Notes: generated from the sequence alone by a model not told the origin. 63,537 nucleotides of DNA, filler included, from Octopus bimaculoides (GCF_001194135.2; 9 parts of 7 records of this genome joined end to end with filler, not necessarily neighbours in it); one strand, 5' to 3'; counted from the whole stretch's first letter, positions 24,835 to 38,767 are shown. Numbers and translations: made by a program.

Positions 24835-25233
24835 GTGAGTCTACTGGTCTGAACAAAAAATAGTAACAATGAATGCGATTTTAGATAGCTGTTCGACAAA
24901 CATAAGGATTAAATATTATACAATCGGACCAGAGCATCGGGGAAAATGTTTTGCGGTATTTCCTTGGTTCTTTTATTTTCTGAGTTCAAATCCCGTCGAG
25001 GTCAACTTTGTCTTTCAGTTCTCCAGGATTGATAAAGTACCAATCGAGTACAGGGGTCGATGGTATTAACTAACCAGCCTTCTCTCTTATAACTGATGGC
25101 TTTGTGCCTAAATCACAGGCCATTGTGTAGAAGGGTGTGGGATGTTTCGGCACAGCTGTTTTGGTGTCACTGATTCGATGCTGACTTATTTGACAAACTA
25201 TTTTATTGTCATGTGCTTTTCCTCCCTTCCTGC

Positions 25234-25291
<58 letters not shown>

Positions 25292-26148
25292 NNNNNNNNN
25301 NNNNNNNNNNNNNNNNNNNNNNNNNNNNNNNNNNNNNNNNNNNNNNNNNNNNNNNNNNNNNNNNNNNNNNNNNNNNNNNNNNNNNNNNNNNNNNNNNNNN
25401 NNNNNNNNNNNNNNNNNNNNNNNNNNNNNNNNNNNNNNNNNNNNNNNNNNNNNNNNNNNNNNNNNNNNNNNNNNNNNNNNNNNNNNNNNNNNNNNNNNNN
25501 NNNNNNNNNNNNNNNNNNNNNNNNNNNNNNNNNNNNNNNNNNNNNNNNNNNNNNNNNNNNNNNNNNNNNNNNNNNNNNNNNNNNNNNNNNNNNNNNNNNN
25601 NNNNNNNNNNNNNNNNNNNNNNNNNNNNNNNNNNNNNNNNNNNNNNNNNNNNNNNNNNNNNNNNNNNNNNNNNNNNNNNNNNNNNNNNNNNNNNNNNNNN
25701 NNNNNNNNNNNNNNNNNNNNNNNNNNNNNNNNNNNNNNNNNNNNNNNNNNNNNNNNNNNNNNNNNNNNNNNNNNNNNNNNNNNNNNNNNNNNNNNNNNNN
25801 NNNNNNNNNNNNNNGTAGTGGATGAGATAGCTTGCTTATGTACCAATTTCTTACACGATAATGTTCAGAATGAATTTATTTCGCAAAAATTGGCTCCTAA
25901 ATTAGTCAATGGAACTGAAACGACAGCAGCAGCAGCAGCAATAATAACAACAACAACAACAACAATACCAACAACAATATGAAGATCAGATGTGCTAACG
26001 ATAGGTAAAAATATTGAAGATAAAAATTAACCAAAAAAAGCAGTGTTCACCTGAGAATGTTCGAAACGTGGGCTGAAGATGATGTGTGGTGTGCCAAAAT
26101 GATTTGAGATGTATCACTTAATCGTATTTAGCCGTTGATAGTAGCATT

Positions 26149-26532
26149 GAGTGGAGGCGCAATGGCCCAGTGGTTAGGACTCGCGGTCATAGGATCGTGG
26201 TTTCGATTCCCAGACCGGGCGTTGTGAGTGTTTATTGAGCGAAAACACCTAAAAGCTCCACGAGGCTCCGGCAGGGGATGGTGGTGAACCCTGTTGTACT
26301 CTTTCACCACAACTTTCTCTCACTCTTACTTCCTGTTTCTGTTGTGCCTGTAATTCAAAGGGTCAGCTTTGTCACAGTCTGTGTCACACTGAATATCCCC
26401 GAGAACTACGTTAAGGGTACACGTGTCTGTGGAGTGCTCAGCCACTTGCACGTTAATTTCACGAGCAGGCTGTTCCGTTGATCGGATCAACTGGAACGCT
26501 CGACGTCGTAACCGACGGAGTGCCAACAACAA
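26149..26532 (+). mobile_element. tRNA-headed SINE, family C, full length
   Basis: A-box TGGCCCAGTGG, B-box GGTTTCGATTCC, tail gatcggatcaactggaac...ggagtgccaacaacaa. Confidence 0.85.
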
Positions 26533-27171
26533 TTTACACCCGTATATAATTATGCATGTTATTCATTAAACGTTTTCGTTACACCTTTCACTTCATTTTT
26601 CTCCCTTCCACCACCACCCTTGACTCACATCCTGTTAACAAAGAACATCACCACCACCACCCTGCCAAACACACATCATACCTAAAAAAACCCACTTGTT
26701 CTCATGTTTTCATTACAGACACACATACAGATATATATATACATATAGAAAGATCTTTAAATGTTTTAGGGCACAGCTTGGATTATAACCATATCTACAA
26801 ACTATACGCACACACACATACATACATTTCATATATACATACATACATATATACATACATACATACATATATACATACATACATACATGCATACATACAT
26901 AAATATTCTTTTATTCTATTACTTGTTTCAGTCATCTAACTGCGTTCATGCTGGGGCATCGCCTGAAAGTTTTTCTTTTAGTCGAAGAAATCGCCCCCAA
27001 GTCTTATTCTTTGTAAGCTTAGTACTTATTCTATCGGTGACTTTGCCGAACCGCTAAGTTACGAGGATGTAATCACGCCAACATTGGTCGTCAAGCGATG
27101 ATGGGGGACAAACAGACACAAAGACACGTGCATGAATATATATACAAATACATACATATATGTACACACAA

Positions 27172-27206
<35 letters not shown>

Positions 27207-27219
27207 CATACACACATAG

Positions 27220-28052
27220 AGGCTAAATTGTCGCATTTTATAATTTTAATTTCGCGCATGCGCACGTTTCTTTTTGATTTTGTTGACTACACAGTATAGT
27301 AGGGTCAGCTGGCACCGTCTGTGAGAAAAACAATACCATAACGCAATACACTCTGCTAGAAATTTGGAAACGACATGTTGCACTGCTTGGCATTCGCGCC
27401 GGCAGACCCAATACGAACAGATCGTGAACTCACAGAACAACCATTGGCTTACCGTGTTTCCAAAACATGAACCGAGAGTGATAAATGTCAAACATCCACT
27501 CAACATCGTGGTGTTTGGAGTGATCACTAGTGATGGCGACGTTATGCCTCCATTCATCTTCCCACATGGCCTCAGACTCAATATGGAGGTCTACATCAAG
27601 TGCCTGGAGGAGGTAGTGCTGCCCTGGGTCAAGTGAGTAGCTGCTGAAAAACCTTATGTCTGGCAGCAGGACTCTGCACTATGCCACACTAGCAGGTGAA
27701 CCCTGTCATGGCTGTCAGACAACTTCCGCGATCACGTCACCCCTAACACCTGGCCACCTAACTCGCTTGATTATTATGTGTGGGATACAGTTGAGCGAGA
27801 GACCAACAAAACTCCTTGTAACACCAAAGATAAACTGAAGGCAAAGATTATGGCAGCATTCACCAACTTAAACAACGAGACTGTCCAGAAGAGTTGCAGG
27901 AAATTCTGTAGTCGTCTGGAGGCTGTGGTTGAAGCCAATGGCGGCTCTATTGAATAAATTTGCTCTTTAGTATTTTAAGATGAAATTTTGGTAAATATAT
28001 CTGCTAAAATGAGATGTCAGCGTTATTTTCATTTTTGCGTAATTTAGACGAC
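27220..28052 (+). mobile_element. Decayed Tc1/mariner-superfamily transposase, maT (DD37D)-like, internally deleted
   Basis: KHPLNIVVFGVITSDGDVMPPFIFPHGLRLN..YIKCLEEVVLPWVK*...YVWQQDSALCH...TWPPNSLDYYVW...CRKFCSRLEAVVEANGGSIE*, with stops. Confidence 0.85.
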
Positions 28053-28677
28053 ATATATATATTCATTTATGTGTGTGTGGCTTTGTTTCTCTGTTTGTCC
28101 CCCCAAAACCACCATATATATATATATATTATAATGGACAAAGCTGCTTATTTATTAGGTGTGTAACAGTTGCTAAATGAAAGCAATTATTAAAGGCTTG
28201 ATTGTCTGGAAATTTTTTTTTTATAAATTCATGTGCCAAGAAATTTCCTGTAATTTTGATTTCTGAAGATTATTGAATATTTGGACTACAAGTTTTTCAC
28301 AAATTTAAATATTCGTTGAATTCACTGTGGAGTAGATTTAATAAACAATATTAATTCGTTACAGGCATGGTCGCAGTCTAGCAACTGAAACAAATGAAAG
28401 ATATATATACATTATGTTATATATAATAAGCGTATGTGAATATATCTATTTGTATGATTATTGCTTTAATTATACTTTCTTAAAACGTAAACTCCTTTTC
28501 ATCCATGTTTGTTTGTATATGTGCATGTATGTATGTATAAATATATATACAAATATATATATATATATATATATATANNNNNNNNNNNNNNNNNNNNNNN
28601 NNNNNNNNNNNNNNNNNNNNNTTAATTAATTAANNNNNNNNNNNNNNNNNNNNNNNNNNNNNNNNNNNNNNNNNNNN

Positions 28678-28739
<62 letters not shown>

Positions 28740-28899
28740 GTGTATATAGTAAATAAAAAAAGACGGAGAAAAAAAAACAAGAAACGTTTGTGCATATATA
28801 GCAGCAGCAGAGTATGAATCAAGGCATGAAAGAGTTAGCCAATATCTAATAAGTCGGCATTATAATATCAAAACTGTCGACAAAATGTAAAAGTTTCAG

Positions 28900-29185
28900 C
28901 GTGACGTTATAATTAAGAGGAAAAGTGCAACGGTTCTTACGGACTTTTCCATATATTCAGATTGAACCATCAAAACTAATAAACAGCATAATGATGTTCG
29001 CAGACCCGAAAATAAAGTCTGTATTATTAGTCGACGTGAAAATACCTTATGATCATAATATCTCGGTGAAAGAATTTGATAAATTCAGAAAATATAAACA
29101 TTTGCTCATTGAACTCGAAAAAAATATTGCATTCCAAAGAAAATACCATGTTAGTTTTACTAAATTATATTCAATTAAATTATAG
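28900..29185 (+). mobile_element. Fragment of a restriction-like endonuclease domain of a non-LTR retrotransposon
   Basis: LLVDVKIPYDHNISVKEFDKFRKYKHLLIELEK matches the D..(I/V)P.D.N...KE..K..KY..L..E motif. Confidence 0.7.
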
Positions 29186-29699
29186 AAAATGTTGATGCCA
29201 TCTGTGTCACCGTCACATTATAGATGAGCCGTCATTATTTGAGAAGTAGAGATCTAGAACAAAATTAAACCTTGTTATGTTGAGCAGATTTACTCCATGG
29301 ATAGCATTTTTGTGAAGTCAGGCAGGGACTCTGCTAGTTTTTTCTCATATAACGACATGCCTACGAGAAGGCAGACCTCAAGCCACACTTGACATTAGAG
29401 AGTTTGAAGTCTCCTAGAGAAAATATTTTAATGCTGTCATGTGCTCTACTTTCCTTTAATGATTATTTTTCTATATATCTTCATTCCATTTTGTAAAGGA
29501 GCAAACTAGTATATTTATTTTAATGACGTATCAGTAAGCTTCTTAGCCCTAGGTGTCGGGAAGACACTCGGCAATAAATTGAAGCAAGACTGAAAGAAGA
29601 AAATCTAATAATAATAATTATTACTATTATAATTATTACAGACCCTGGCACTTGGTGGTACTTTATGAACCCTGAAAAGATAAATGTCAAATGTGATCT

Positions 29700-30130
29700 C
29701 CAAAAGACTTGAGCTCCAAACATGCAAAGCTATTTGGAGAAGACGTGGACTTTTTCTGCATTAAATCGCATGTTGTTTTCTTCGGTCCATTTAAAGTGCC
29801 ACCTCGGTCTTTCAATAGGATCCGTGACTACTTGGGCTACTTTTGTATCATCGTCGTTGCTAATAAGAGTGACTGACTGTATAACTGAAGCACTTCACTC
29901 GAAACTAATGTATCTTCTTTAGAGGCCTCATTGATTACCGAGGCCTAGCTTGTAGGTGTTAAGAAGTTATGTACTCCTTCTCTACGCTTGCCGACTATGC
30001 CGAGTCCTCATAGCTTGTGACATATCATCCCGTGATCAACATTATCAAAGGGTTTGCAAGATCGACATCCAGGCATAATGCTGTAAAAGTTGAGTACAGT
30101 AACATATTCCTGAACGGAAGTCAAGCAGGC
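29700..30130 (-). mobile_element. Decayed CR1/L2-type reverse transcriptase
   Basis: DLA(N/K)PFDNVDHGMICHKL*GLGIVGK...DDDTKVAQVV...WTEENNMRFNAEK matches DFAKAFD.VDH...ADDTK...W...N.M.FN..K. Confidence 0.7.
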
Positions 30131-31999
30131 TGTTAGAGAGCAGATTTATGCTTTTCTCTCAGTTGACATTCTCTCAGGAAAAATCTTAATTCATATGCCT
30201 GGCATTATTGTCGTAACATATTCAAACCTTGTTAAGTTGAGCAGATCTGCTCCACAAATAGCATATTTGTAAAGTCAGTCAGGGACTGTGCCAGTTTTGC
30301 TCATGTAATCACCTGCCTAAGAGGAGGCAGCCCTTAAGTCACTTGACATCAGAGATGTTGAAGTCTCTTAGAGAAAAAATTTTTGAGGCTCTCATTTATT
30401 TAGACTTCTTCCATCTTTTCCAGTCTCTCTTCGAATGTGTACCTAAGATTTGGTGTGTGTGTTAGGTGATATGTAGTACGTATTTCAATTGTCATCTGTT
30501 TACTGTGTGCCATCCGTATGTAACAAATTGAGTGTCAGAGGCTTGACATTTACCTGATTCAAATCAGGACATCTTGACAGTATTACATTTTCTAGGATGC
30601 ACAACTTCACAGGCATGACAATTTCCCAGATGTACATCGCAACTCCATCAGGAGTTCTTTCTCTCCTGTCAATTTAAAATACAACACATTTTGGTATGTG
30701 TGTCTCAGCATTTGTTCTATCAGCGGTCAACTGTGTTTCTGTTCAAGCCATGCATATTGCTTTATTAAATGTCTCTCAGGTATTGGGTTTTGTGCTGGTG
30801 GGATGATACCAAGTTCTTTGTATTCAACAGCAACATTGGTGTGACGTACAGGATGTCAGTAACAACCACTTGTCTGACATATGTAGTGGCATCAGGGGTT
30901 GCCATTCTGGATCTTTAACTGTTTATAGTGGTCTGGCGTGCTGGTCTGCTGGTGTGCAGTTTTTTTTGTTTTTTTGCAGTGTTGTTTAAGGTAACCAAGT
31001 CAGCTGACTTACAATCTCCTGCACCATATACTCAAAAGACCATTGTTCAGCTGCTTAGTTATGTCTACAGGTTGTTTGTCTGTGGAGAAGTGCGTGCTAC
31101 GGTCGAATATTTCCAAAGTGGAAGGAGTGTGTGCTGTGGCCTGGTTTTGTGCCCTGAGTGATCTTGATGGAAGTTGACTCCTCAGAATAATTAGGTAGTG
31201 GCAATCAGTCAAGTCATGCTATTGTTATAAGACATATGCTTACTCCACCAACTAATTTTAACAACAAAATCTAGGTATTTGTGAGCTATATCCAGAGGAA
31301 CAGATCTATGATATTCCAGGCATTTTGTCTGACTGTATTGGGATTACATTATCCAATATGATTTTATCCAATATTATTTTTTTTAATGAGAGAGAGCGTG
31401 ATTTGAGAAATTTGGTTGGTATTTCAAACAGATTCAGTTGTCTCCTAGTGGTAGTAGCATAGACTGGTTAAGGCTCCCTCATGGACTTGATAGGGATTTC
31501 GTTGTAGAGATTGCAGAGAAAAAGCAAAACAAAAGGCCCGAAACCAGATCAAACAAACAGTATGATTGTGATAGTTGGGATAATGATACTTATATAAAAG
31601 ATCATTTGTAATACTCGTTTGCTGCATTGAGTCTAACAATAACCGTTTCAACAATTTCAACCGCATCAGTCTTGTTTTACTCATCTTTAATATCTCTGCC
31701 AACTTACCATTATATCTTAGGTTTCTATTAATCCAGTCTACATATAATAGCTCTAACACCTCAGTAGCAATTGACTAAGAAAAAGCATGACGTTTCGCAG
31801 CTTTGATAAAATATCTACTTTTTTATAAGAACAGCAGTTATGAAACTGACAAATAATATCAGTTCACCACCACCACAACTGCACCCACCCACCAAAAATA
31901 TAGGTGGAATTTGGGGTCACACCAACATCCCGCCATGCGGTCCTTTATTAAGAAGAAACAATATTGATCATCCATATAATTCCATATAATTGCTGTTGC

Positions 32000-32215
32000 T
32001 AAGGCGGTGAGTTGGCAAAATCGATAGCACGCCGGAAAAATATTTAGCGGTTATTTGTCCGTCTTAACATTCTGAGTTCAAATTCCTCCAGGTCCACTTT
32101 GGCTTTCATCCTTTAGGGATAGATAAAATAGGTACTTGTTGAGTGCTGGGGTCGATGTAATTAACTTATCCACTCACCCAAAATTGCTGGTATTGTACCA
32201 GAATTAGAAACCAAT
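32000..32215 (+). mobile_element. SINE family A in the intron upstream of the CD225 exon
   Basis: aaggcggtgagttggcaaaatcg...gagttcaaattcc...ctggggtcgat. Confidence 0.75.
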
Positions 32216-32285
32216 ATATTTGCTGTCGTTGGGTTTTATTAGCGTGCTTTAAATATAAACTAACTCTTGTCTTTCTGTCTTCTAG

Positions 32286-32456
32286 GCAAACTCAATGGCC
32301 CTAATTGGAAATATAGCAGGTGCAAACGAAGCAAACGGCAGGGCAAAACAATTCGTCGGAATATCACTTGTTGCTGGTTGTGTTTTCATTGTGCTTTTAA
32401 TCATTATTCCCGTTATAATACAGGCTTCTGTAAAAGATAATTCAAATTCATATTAA
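32286..32456 (+). CDS. Terminal coding exon of a CD225/dispanin (IFITM/PRRT-like) small membrane protein
   Basis: Branch point CTAAC (32260-64), pyrimidine tract and AG (32284-85), then a phase-0 frame ANSMALIGNIAGANEANGRAKQFVGISLVAGCVFIVLLIIIPVIIQASVKDNSNSY*. This fits the second half of the CD225 domain (G-N/D-x-x-G-A...A-K, then a hydrophobic TM helix) at the usual intron position. AATAAA signals lie downstream (~32565, ~32843). Confidence 0.72.
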   Translation, partial: ANSMALIGNIAGANEANGRAKQFVGISLVAGCVFIVLLIIIPVIIQASVKDNSNSY

Positions 32457-33429
32457 ATGAATCATATTAAATGAAGTGTATTCTTTTTTTACATAGTACA
32501 TTAATTATAATCACACAAAAATACTCTCAGCTAGAAATTTTTAAATATGTTGAGAACTGCTTTCAATAAACGGGATATTTCATAACAAATGACATAAATT
32601 GAACAGTGACATATTTTGATCGGTGAATTCTGTGCTTCAGTCTGATGGCAAGAACCCGTAAAGAAGTAAAACTATGAGTATATAGAGATATTGCTGGACC
32701 ATTTTTACCATTCCTTCTCTCTAATTTTATCACTCACGAAAGCAAGAGGTGATGTTGCTGCATTTTGCTTTTATTTGAATCTTCTTTTTCATTATGTCAA
32801 GGACTATTATAATTGAGAATAATTTTATAAGCGCAATTGTTAAATAAAGCAAACTTTTAAACTCTTGCCTAGTTTTTCAAAGTGTTAGCTCAAGTTATTC
32901 ATTTGATGGTTTAGCGCATATATATGAGCGCTTAACTCGGTTTAACATAAATTAGACACTGGATACACAAAAAGATAAACTGTTATACACATACATTCAC
33001 AAATATCGCTATACATGTCAACACAATATTTTAGATAATATTAGTTATAGGTGGCTAAAACTAAAATCTACATACAATAATAGACCACAGATGTAGAGTA
33101 ATATTTGTTTTAGCTTTCATTCATAAATATTTGGGTTAATATTGGTTAAAAATCTTTCTTGGTATCATGTCAAACAATGGAAAATGGAGATCACAATAAA
33201 TACACGAATGGAATTTTGTGGACAAGAAAGTAAATCTCCAGCGCAGCAAAGCTGTAAGAACAGCAGGGAAAGAATGGGTATCTACCCTTATAAAACGGAA
33301 AAGAAAATCTTACCAACGGACAACTACTGCATTCGAATCCGCACTCGTCAGATACCGTCAACTAATGAATCCTATAACAAAATAATAGTTGTTTAATATT
33401 TGTAAATACACCAATAAAACAACTTGCAT

Positions 33430-33508
33430 ATTCCACGACGAGCAGCAGCAGCAGCAGTAGTAATAACAGCAATAACTACTGTTGCTGCTGCTACTACTAC
33501 TACTACTG

Positions 33509-33590
<82 letters not shown>

Positions 33591-33733
33591 CACTACTACT
33601 ACTACTACCACTACTACTACCACTACTACTACTATTACTACTACTACTACCACTACTACCACTACTACCACTACTACCACTACTACTACTACTACTACCA
33701 CCACTACTACTGCTACTACTACTACTACCACTA

Positions 33734-33831
<98 letters not shown>
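33430..33831. repeat. Long (CTA)n/(CCA)n trinucleotide microsatellite
   Basis: Directly visible; source of the poly-T/V/L/S pseudo-ORFs. Confidence 0.95.
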
Positions 33832-33832
<1 letters not shown>

Positions 33833-34657
33833 ACCAAAGACTCAAGCGGAGATGCACTAACAAGAAATGTGGACAGGCAGACTTCATCACCCAAGCCTGA
33901 CCAAACAGCGCCGCCCAAGTGAAATTCTTAGAGGAGACCCTCGCAGCTAATCGTTCTTCTGACTTCTGTACTAGTGAATAATTTATCTTCATTCCCACGT
34001 ATCTGGAAAAACAGAGAGCGAGGGTGAATATGTCTGGTATGCTACCAGAAGTAGTCATTTGGTGCGTGGTGGTGTGCAGAGATCTGGAGGTAAGTGACAT
34101 TCTCCCGTAGAACTGCCAGGATAATTGACTAGGAGCAGACTGGAAGTTTCATTAGATGAATTTCGAACATTTCGAAATGATTTTGAGGTAATGAAGTTCA
34201 TAAACACAGAAGACCTTCGCGTCATTGTGGGATAAAGGAGACCAAAATTTACGTATGTGGTAATACCAACCACCTCAGAACCTTCTGCCCGCAATAGATG
34301 GTGAATGTATGGAGATAACACTGTTTCCAGCATCACTAACATCAAACACAATAACAATGCCAACAACACCGTGCAACCATAACATTAGCAATAGTAATAC
34401 CAACGGCAACAACAAATGTGTTTATGAATGTATGCATTAGCTATCGGTGACATCTTTAAGGAGCTGCAGTTTTGTTCAGTTTCAGATCTGCTGAGATTCG
34501 CTTGTTATACTGTAAAGATTAATGGGTGTAGTTTCTTATACAGAGAGGGGGAGATGGGTAGAGAGTAGGCGTATGTTTGAGCATCTGCGTGTGAGTGTGC
34601 AGTCTAATATATTTCCCTATGTAGTCGGATCGATTTTGTGAGTGAATGTGTAGGGTC

Positions 34658-34695
<38 letters not shown>

Positions 34696-35619
34696 ATGCG
34701 TGAGTGGTTGTTTATGTGATTGCGTTCCAGCATGTGCGTGTGTATGCATCGTGGAGGCTTTCCAAATAGGCAAGCACCGGTGTTCACGTTAGACTGTGCG
34801 CGCGTGTTATTATCATAGCTGAAATGACCCTTTAAAAACATACATTTGTTCCAACACACGAGTCCATATCAAGGAATTTGCAAACCAAATACAAAAACGA
34901 AGTACATATATATATATATGCTTGTGTGTGTGTATGTGCGTAGATGTGTGGGTATGTATGTATGTATGCATGTATGTATGCATGTATGTATGCATGTATG
35001 TATGTATGTATGTATGTATGTATTTATGTATGTATGTATGTATGTATGTATGTATTTATGTATGTATGCATGTATGTATGCATGTATGTATGTATGTATG
35101 CATGTATGTATGTATTTATGTATGTATGTATGTATGTATGTATGTATGGGCAAATTCTCGCCGGACAAATTTTGCACAAAAAATATCAACTAAAAAATAT
35201 TTTGCACAATTTTTTTTGTATAAAGTTTCACTTTCCTAAAACATCTTTAATGTACATACATACATACGCACATACATAAGTACGTACATATACATGGACT
35301 GCTCTTTTGTGGATCACTTAAAACTTTATGCAAAAAATATGCATGAGATGAAAAAGAGCCTTCACCCCCTTGCAACATTCTCAATGGAAGTAAGGTTGGA
35401 GGTTGGTCAAGTTGTGAAAAGGGGGAAAATTATAAACCAGGCTCCATAAATGATCTGTTTGTTTCCCCAATATCTAACGAGGAATGTTACAGGTGGCTAG
35501 AGGTGGATGGAAACATTTCTTAAAATGGCACCTGTAACAAAACACGTAACACTAAAGTATGTTACAGCTGAATGAAGAAAAGAGGGACCTCAGAACACTC
35601 TGCATACAATAAATCGGTT

Positions 35620-36068
35620 GCTAACTGCCTAAATGCCAATATTGAAGAATTAGGCTTCTCAAAACCAGAAAGGAGAAGGCTAATTCGGAGACAACAGATC
35701 CACTCCATCACTGGAACTGTAAAAATCTGTAAAACTTTCCAGTTTATCATTTAAATATATATGAGCATGTCTAGATATACAAGTTTATGCATGAGAATAC
35801 ATACATAAAGCAAAACATACCAATCTGCACATATACATACATACATACATACATACATACATACATACATACATACATACATACATACATACAAACATAC
35901 ATACAAGCAAGAATATCTTGTTAATGTTGAAATTCCAATGAACGAGCCTTGAATTGAAGTCAGAAACAGGCACTTTCTCTCTGGCAAGAAATCTTGAAAT
36001 AAAACTGAACAATGACATACATACATACATACATACATACATACATACATACATACATACATACATAG
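35620..36068 (+). mobile_element. Third 3' end of the same RLE-type family
   Basis: NCLNANIEELGFSKPERRRLIRRQQIHSITGTVKICKTF, the same 3' UTR, AATAAA and an (ATAC)n tail. Confidence 0.75.
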
Positions 36069-36769
36069 ACATGAAGACAGCGCCGGCAACATCAGAGGTG
36101 CAGATGTAGAGGACCGCTTATAATCCTTTCGAACGCTGTCTTCTTAAATAATGCCGATTGCTCTAGCTTAGATCTGCAACTGAATAATTTCTCCAGTTAT
36201 AACCACTTGCCATTCTAGCATTATTCTGACCGGATTTTTAAACATATAACTTACACCACGTGGAAGTTGCTAGCAAGATCATGGTTTACTCTAACAACAA
36301 CAACATCCAAGAAAACAACACTACATTACCAGTTAGCTATCCAAGAAAACATAAGTATTTCTCTCATTTTACGTGAACTTTACATCAAAACCAAGACCTA
36401 AGTCAGTGTTATCAAAAAGTTCGTGATGAAGCGGTTAAAAATACTGGAACGAAGGTAACCACATCTTAAACGACTTTTCGACGAAACCTATTCAGCCACA
36501 AGCACTTTTTTTAAAAAACATTGCTGACTACCATGCCGAAATCTACCAAACGTTATCACTAAATTCGCATGCCTCTCCAAATTTATTTGAGTCAACAATG
36601 GCGTATGTGGAGTATATCCAACTTACGAACATCTTGAAACTACAACTCATACCAAATTTTTCTACTTTTTCGAAAATATCATTGAGCGACAGGTCATTCT
36701 CAACAATGTTGAAAATTATCGATGAAATCGCTGGAGAGTACATGGTAGAATGTGATATTAATTATTTGA

Positions 36770-37850
36770 ATATTTATATCCTTATATAAACAGGGGATAT
36801 CACTATTGAAGAACACATGAGAAATCTGTACTATACATGGTAATGAAATTACTGAACAGAAGCAACCTAAATTGAAAACAAAACTTGAAGAAAACATCAA
36901 CAATCTGCGCTGCTATATTGGAGGGTTAACCAAAATAATGAACTGTAAGGAGTATAATTATATTTTATGCATCTTATGCATCTTATACATCAATTAAGAA
37001 ATCTCTATGGTGACTTTTCCCACAAAGCCCATGAGGGAAAGCTAACTGCAATAAATCATGAACTCAGGACACTGAGTTACAAATTTCGCTGCTGTAGAAA
37101 ATTTTCGAATGCGCCAAGATATATCACAAGCTTTCTTCCAGCCCGTAGACATCACTTAAAGAGATGAGGAAGGTAAACTTTACTGTGAAGAAAGCTCCCT
37201 CTCTAGGAAAACTAGAAATATTTTGATCTAAAGATTGAAATCGAAAGAAGGATTTCAACCTTAATGCATCATGGCTAGATACAGTTAGATACAATTTCAA
37301 CACTGACAGTAAAATATTCAGAATTGTCCTAGAAACTTTTATTATAGCTTTAGGCAAAATGCATAGTAAGGAGGCATGTGGAAAAGACATTATATTTGAA
37401 TTCTGGTACAAGACGTTGCCATTTTACAGGAAACCTTTAATATGCATAATCCAAAATAACTATGAGTGATCAGACTAATGGACCTAATTCACTTGCAACA
37501 GCAAGGACCACCCTAGTGATTAAAAAAGGAAATGACCGATTTGGCAGAAAATTATAGGTTCATTCCTTGCCTAAACTTTATGTTGAAATTGTATGCAAGG
37601 CTGCCTCAACCAATTCAGCCAGGGTCATTTTAAGTCCGGCACTGATGAGCAAAAGGTGGAAAGAAGATAGTGTGAGGCTGTGCTGTTCAACTTACAGCTT
37701 CCATAAGCAAAGTCGTACTGTTTGAAGTGAGAAAATACTCTAGAACTCTTGCGACAGTGCGATTTAATTATAGGAAAGCCTTTGACTATTCCATACGCAT
37801 GGCTACTAGAGTGTCTTCATTTGGCAAAATTACAAAAGAATGAGAGCGAA
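36770..37850 (+). mobile_element. Decayed RLE-type non-LTR retrotransposon, RT region
   Basis: PSLGKLEIF*SKD*...NASWL...EACGKDIIFEFWYK..., then AENYRFIPCLN, GGKK, and RTLATVRFNYRKAFD, matching RT motifs NYRPITCL and W.DY.KAFDS. Confidence 0.75.
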
Positions 37851-38229
37851 TAAATCCTCTCCAACGGAGCCCAAGTAGCCCGAGTAGTCAAGGATCCTAT
37901 TGATGCTAATAATGATATTGCTCCGAAACATCCAGCTCCTATATCCAGATTATAAACTTTGGATATAGTACCTAAGTAGTAGGGCCCGTGTAAACTACAC
38001 AGAATGGAAAAATTAAGAGGATCTATTTAAGAAAGAATATTTTGCTTTTTTATAGCATTCATCGTTTAGCTTTCTTTTGATATTCTTGACTTTCGTCTGC
38101 ATTCATTTCTTCACGTCTCCATCGGTGTTGTCTTTTCCCCCTTTCATTATATATTGTTGTTGCTTTCTCACTCTTGCTCTATACCTGCATATCGTTACTC
38201 AGGCAGGTTGCAACCGTGTTTCATGTGAA

Positions 38230-38328
<99 letters not shown>

Positions 38329-38767
38329 CTTTTATTCCACCTCTCACTCATTCCACATCCATCTCTACCTCTCTAGCTAACTAATGTATAACGGGCGCGA
38401 ACAAACAAGTAGATTACTATTTTACTGTAATGGGCGTTATGTCCGTCTGTCTGTTCCCTTTTCATGGTCAAACGGCTGGACCAATGAACAGGATGTTTTT
38501 CGGGATTACGAAGCACATAATCAAGAAGGTTTTTAGCGGAAAAAATGTGAAAAAGTAGGATACATACAACATACAAATCTGCTCATACACATACATACAT
38601 ACATACAGCGTATTTGGCGTGGGAGATTTATCGAAAATAGGATGAGTACTATCTCCACCTTGGAGCCACAACTATAAGCCTTGTTAAATAACTGGTTAAT
38701 CTTCAGTTGAATTAACTGAGTGAGCCCTGAAACTTGAATTTAGCGTGAGTGAGTTACTACGAACAAC

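Noticed and set aside
26149-26225. tRNA gene
   Set aside because: A and B boxes are present but continue into a multi-copy SINE body; it is a SINE head.
31445-31759. 104-aa minus-strand ORF next to the CD225 exon
   Set aside because: It overlaps a family E repeat at its 3' end and no family is recognisable; likely an old TE or chance.
33358-33922. Poly-Ser/Thr/Leu/Val ORFs of 128-186 aa
   Set aside because: Pure (CTA)n microsatellite, open in several frames.
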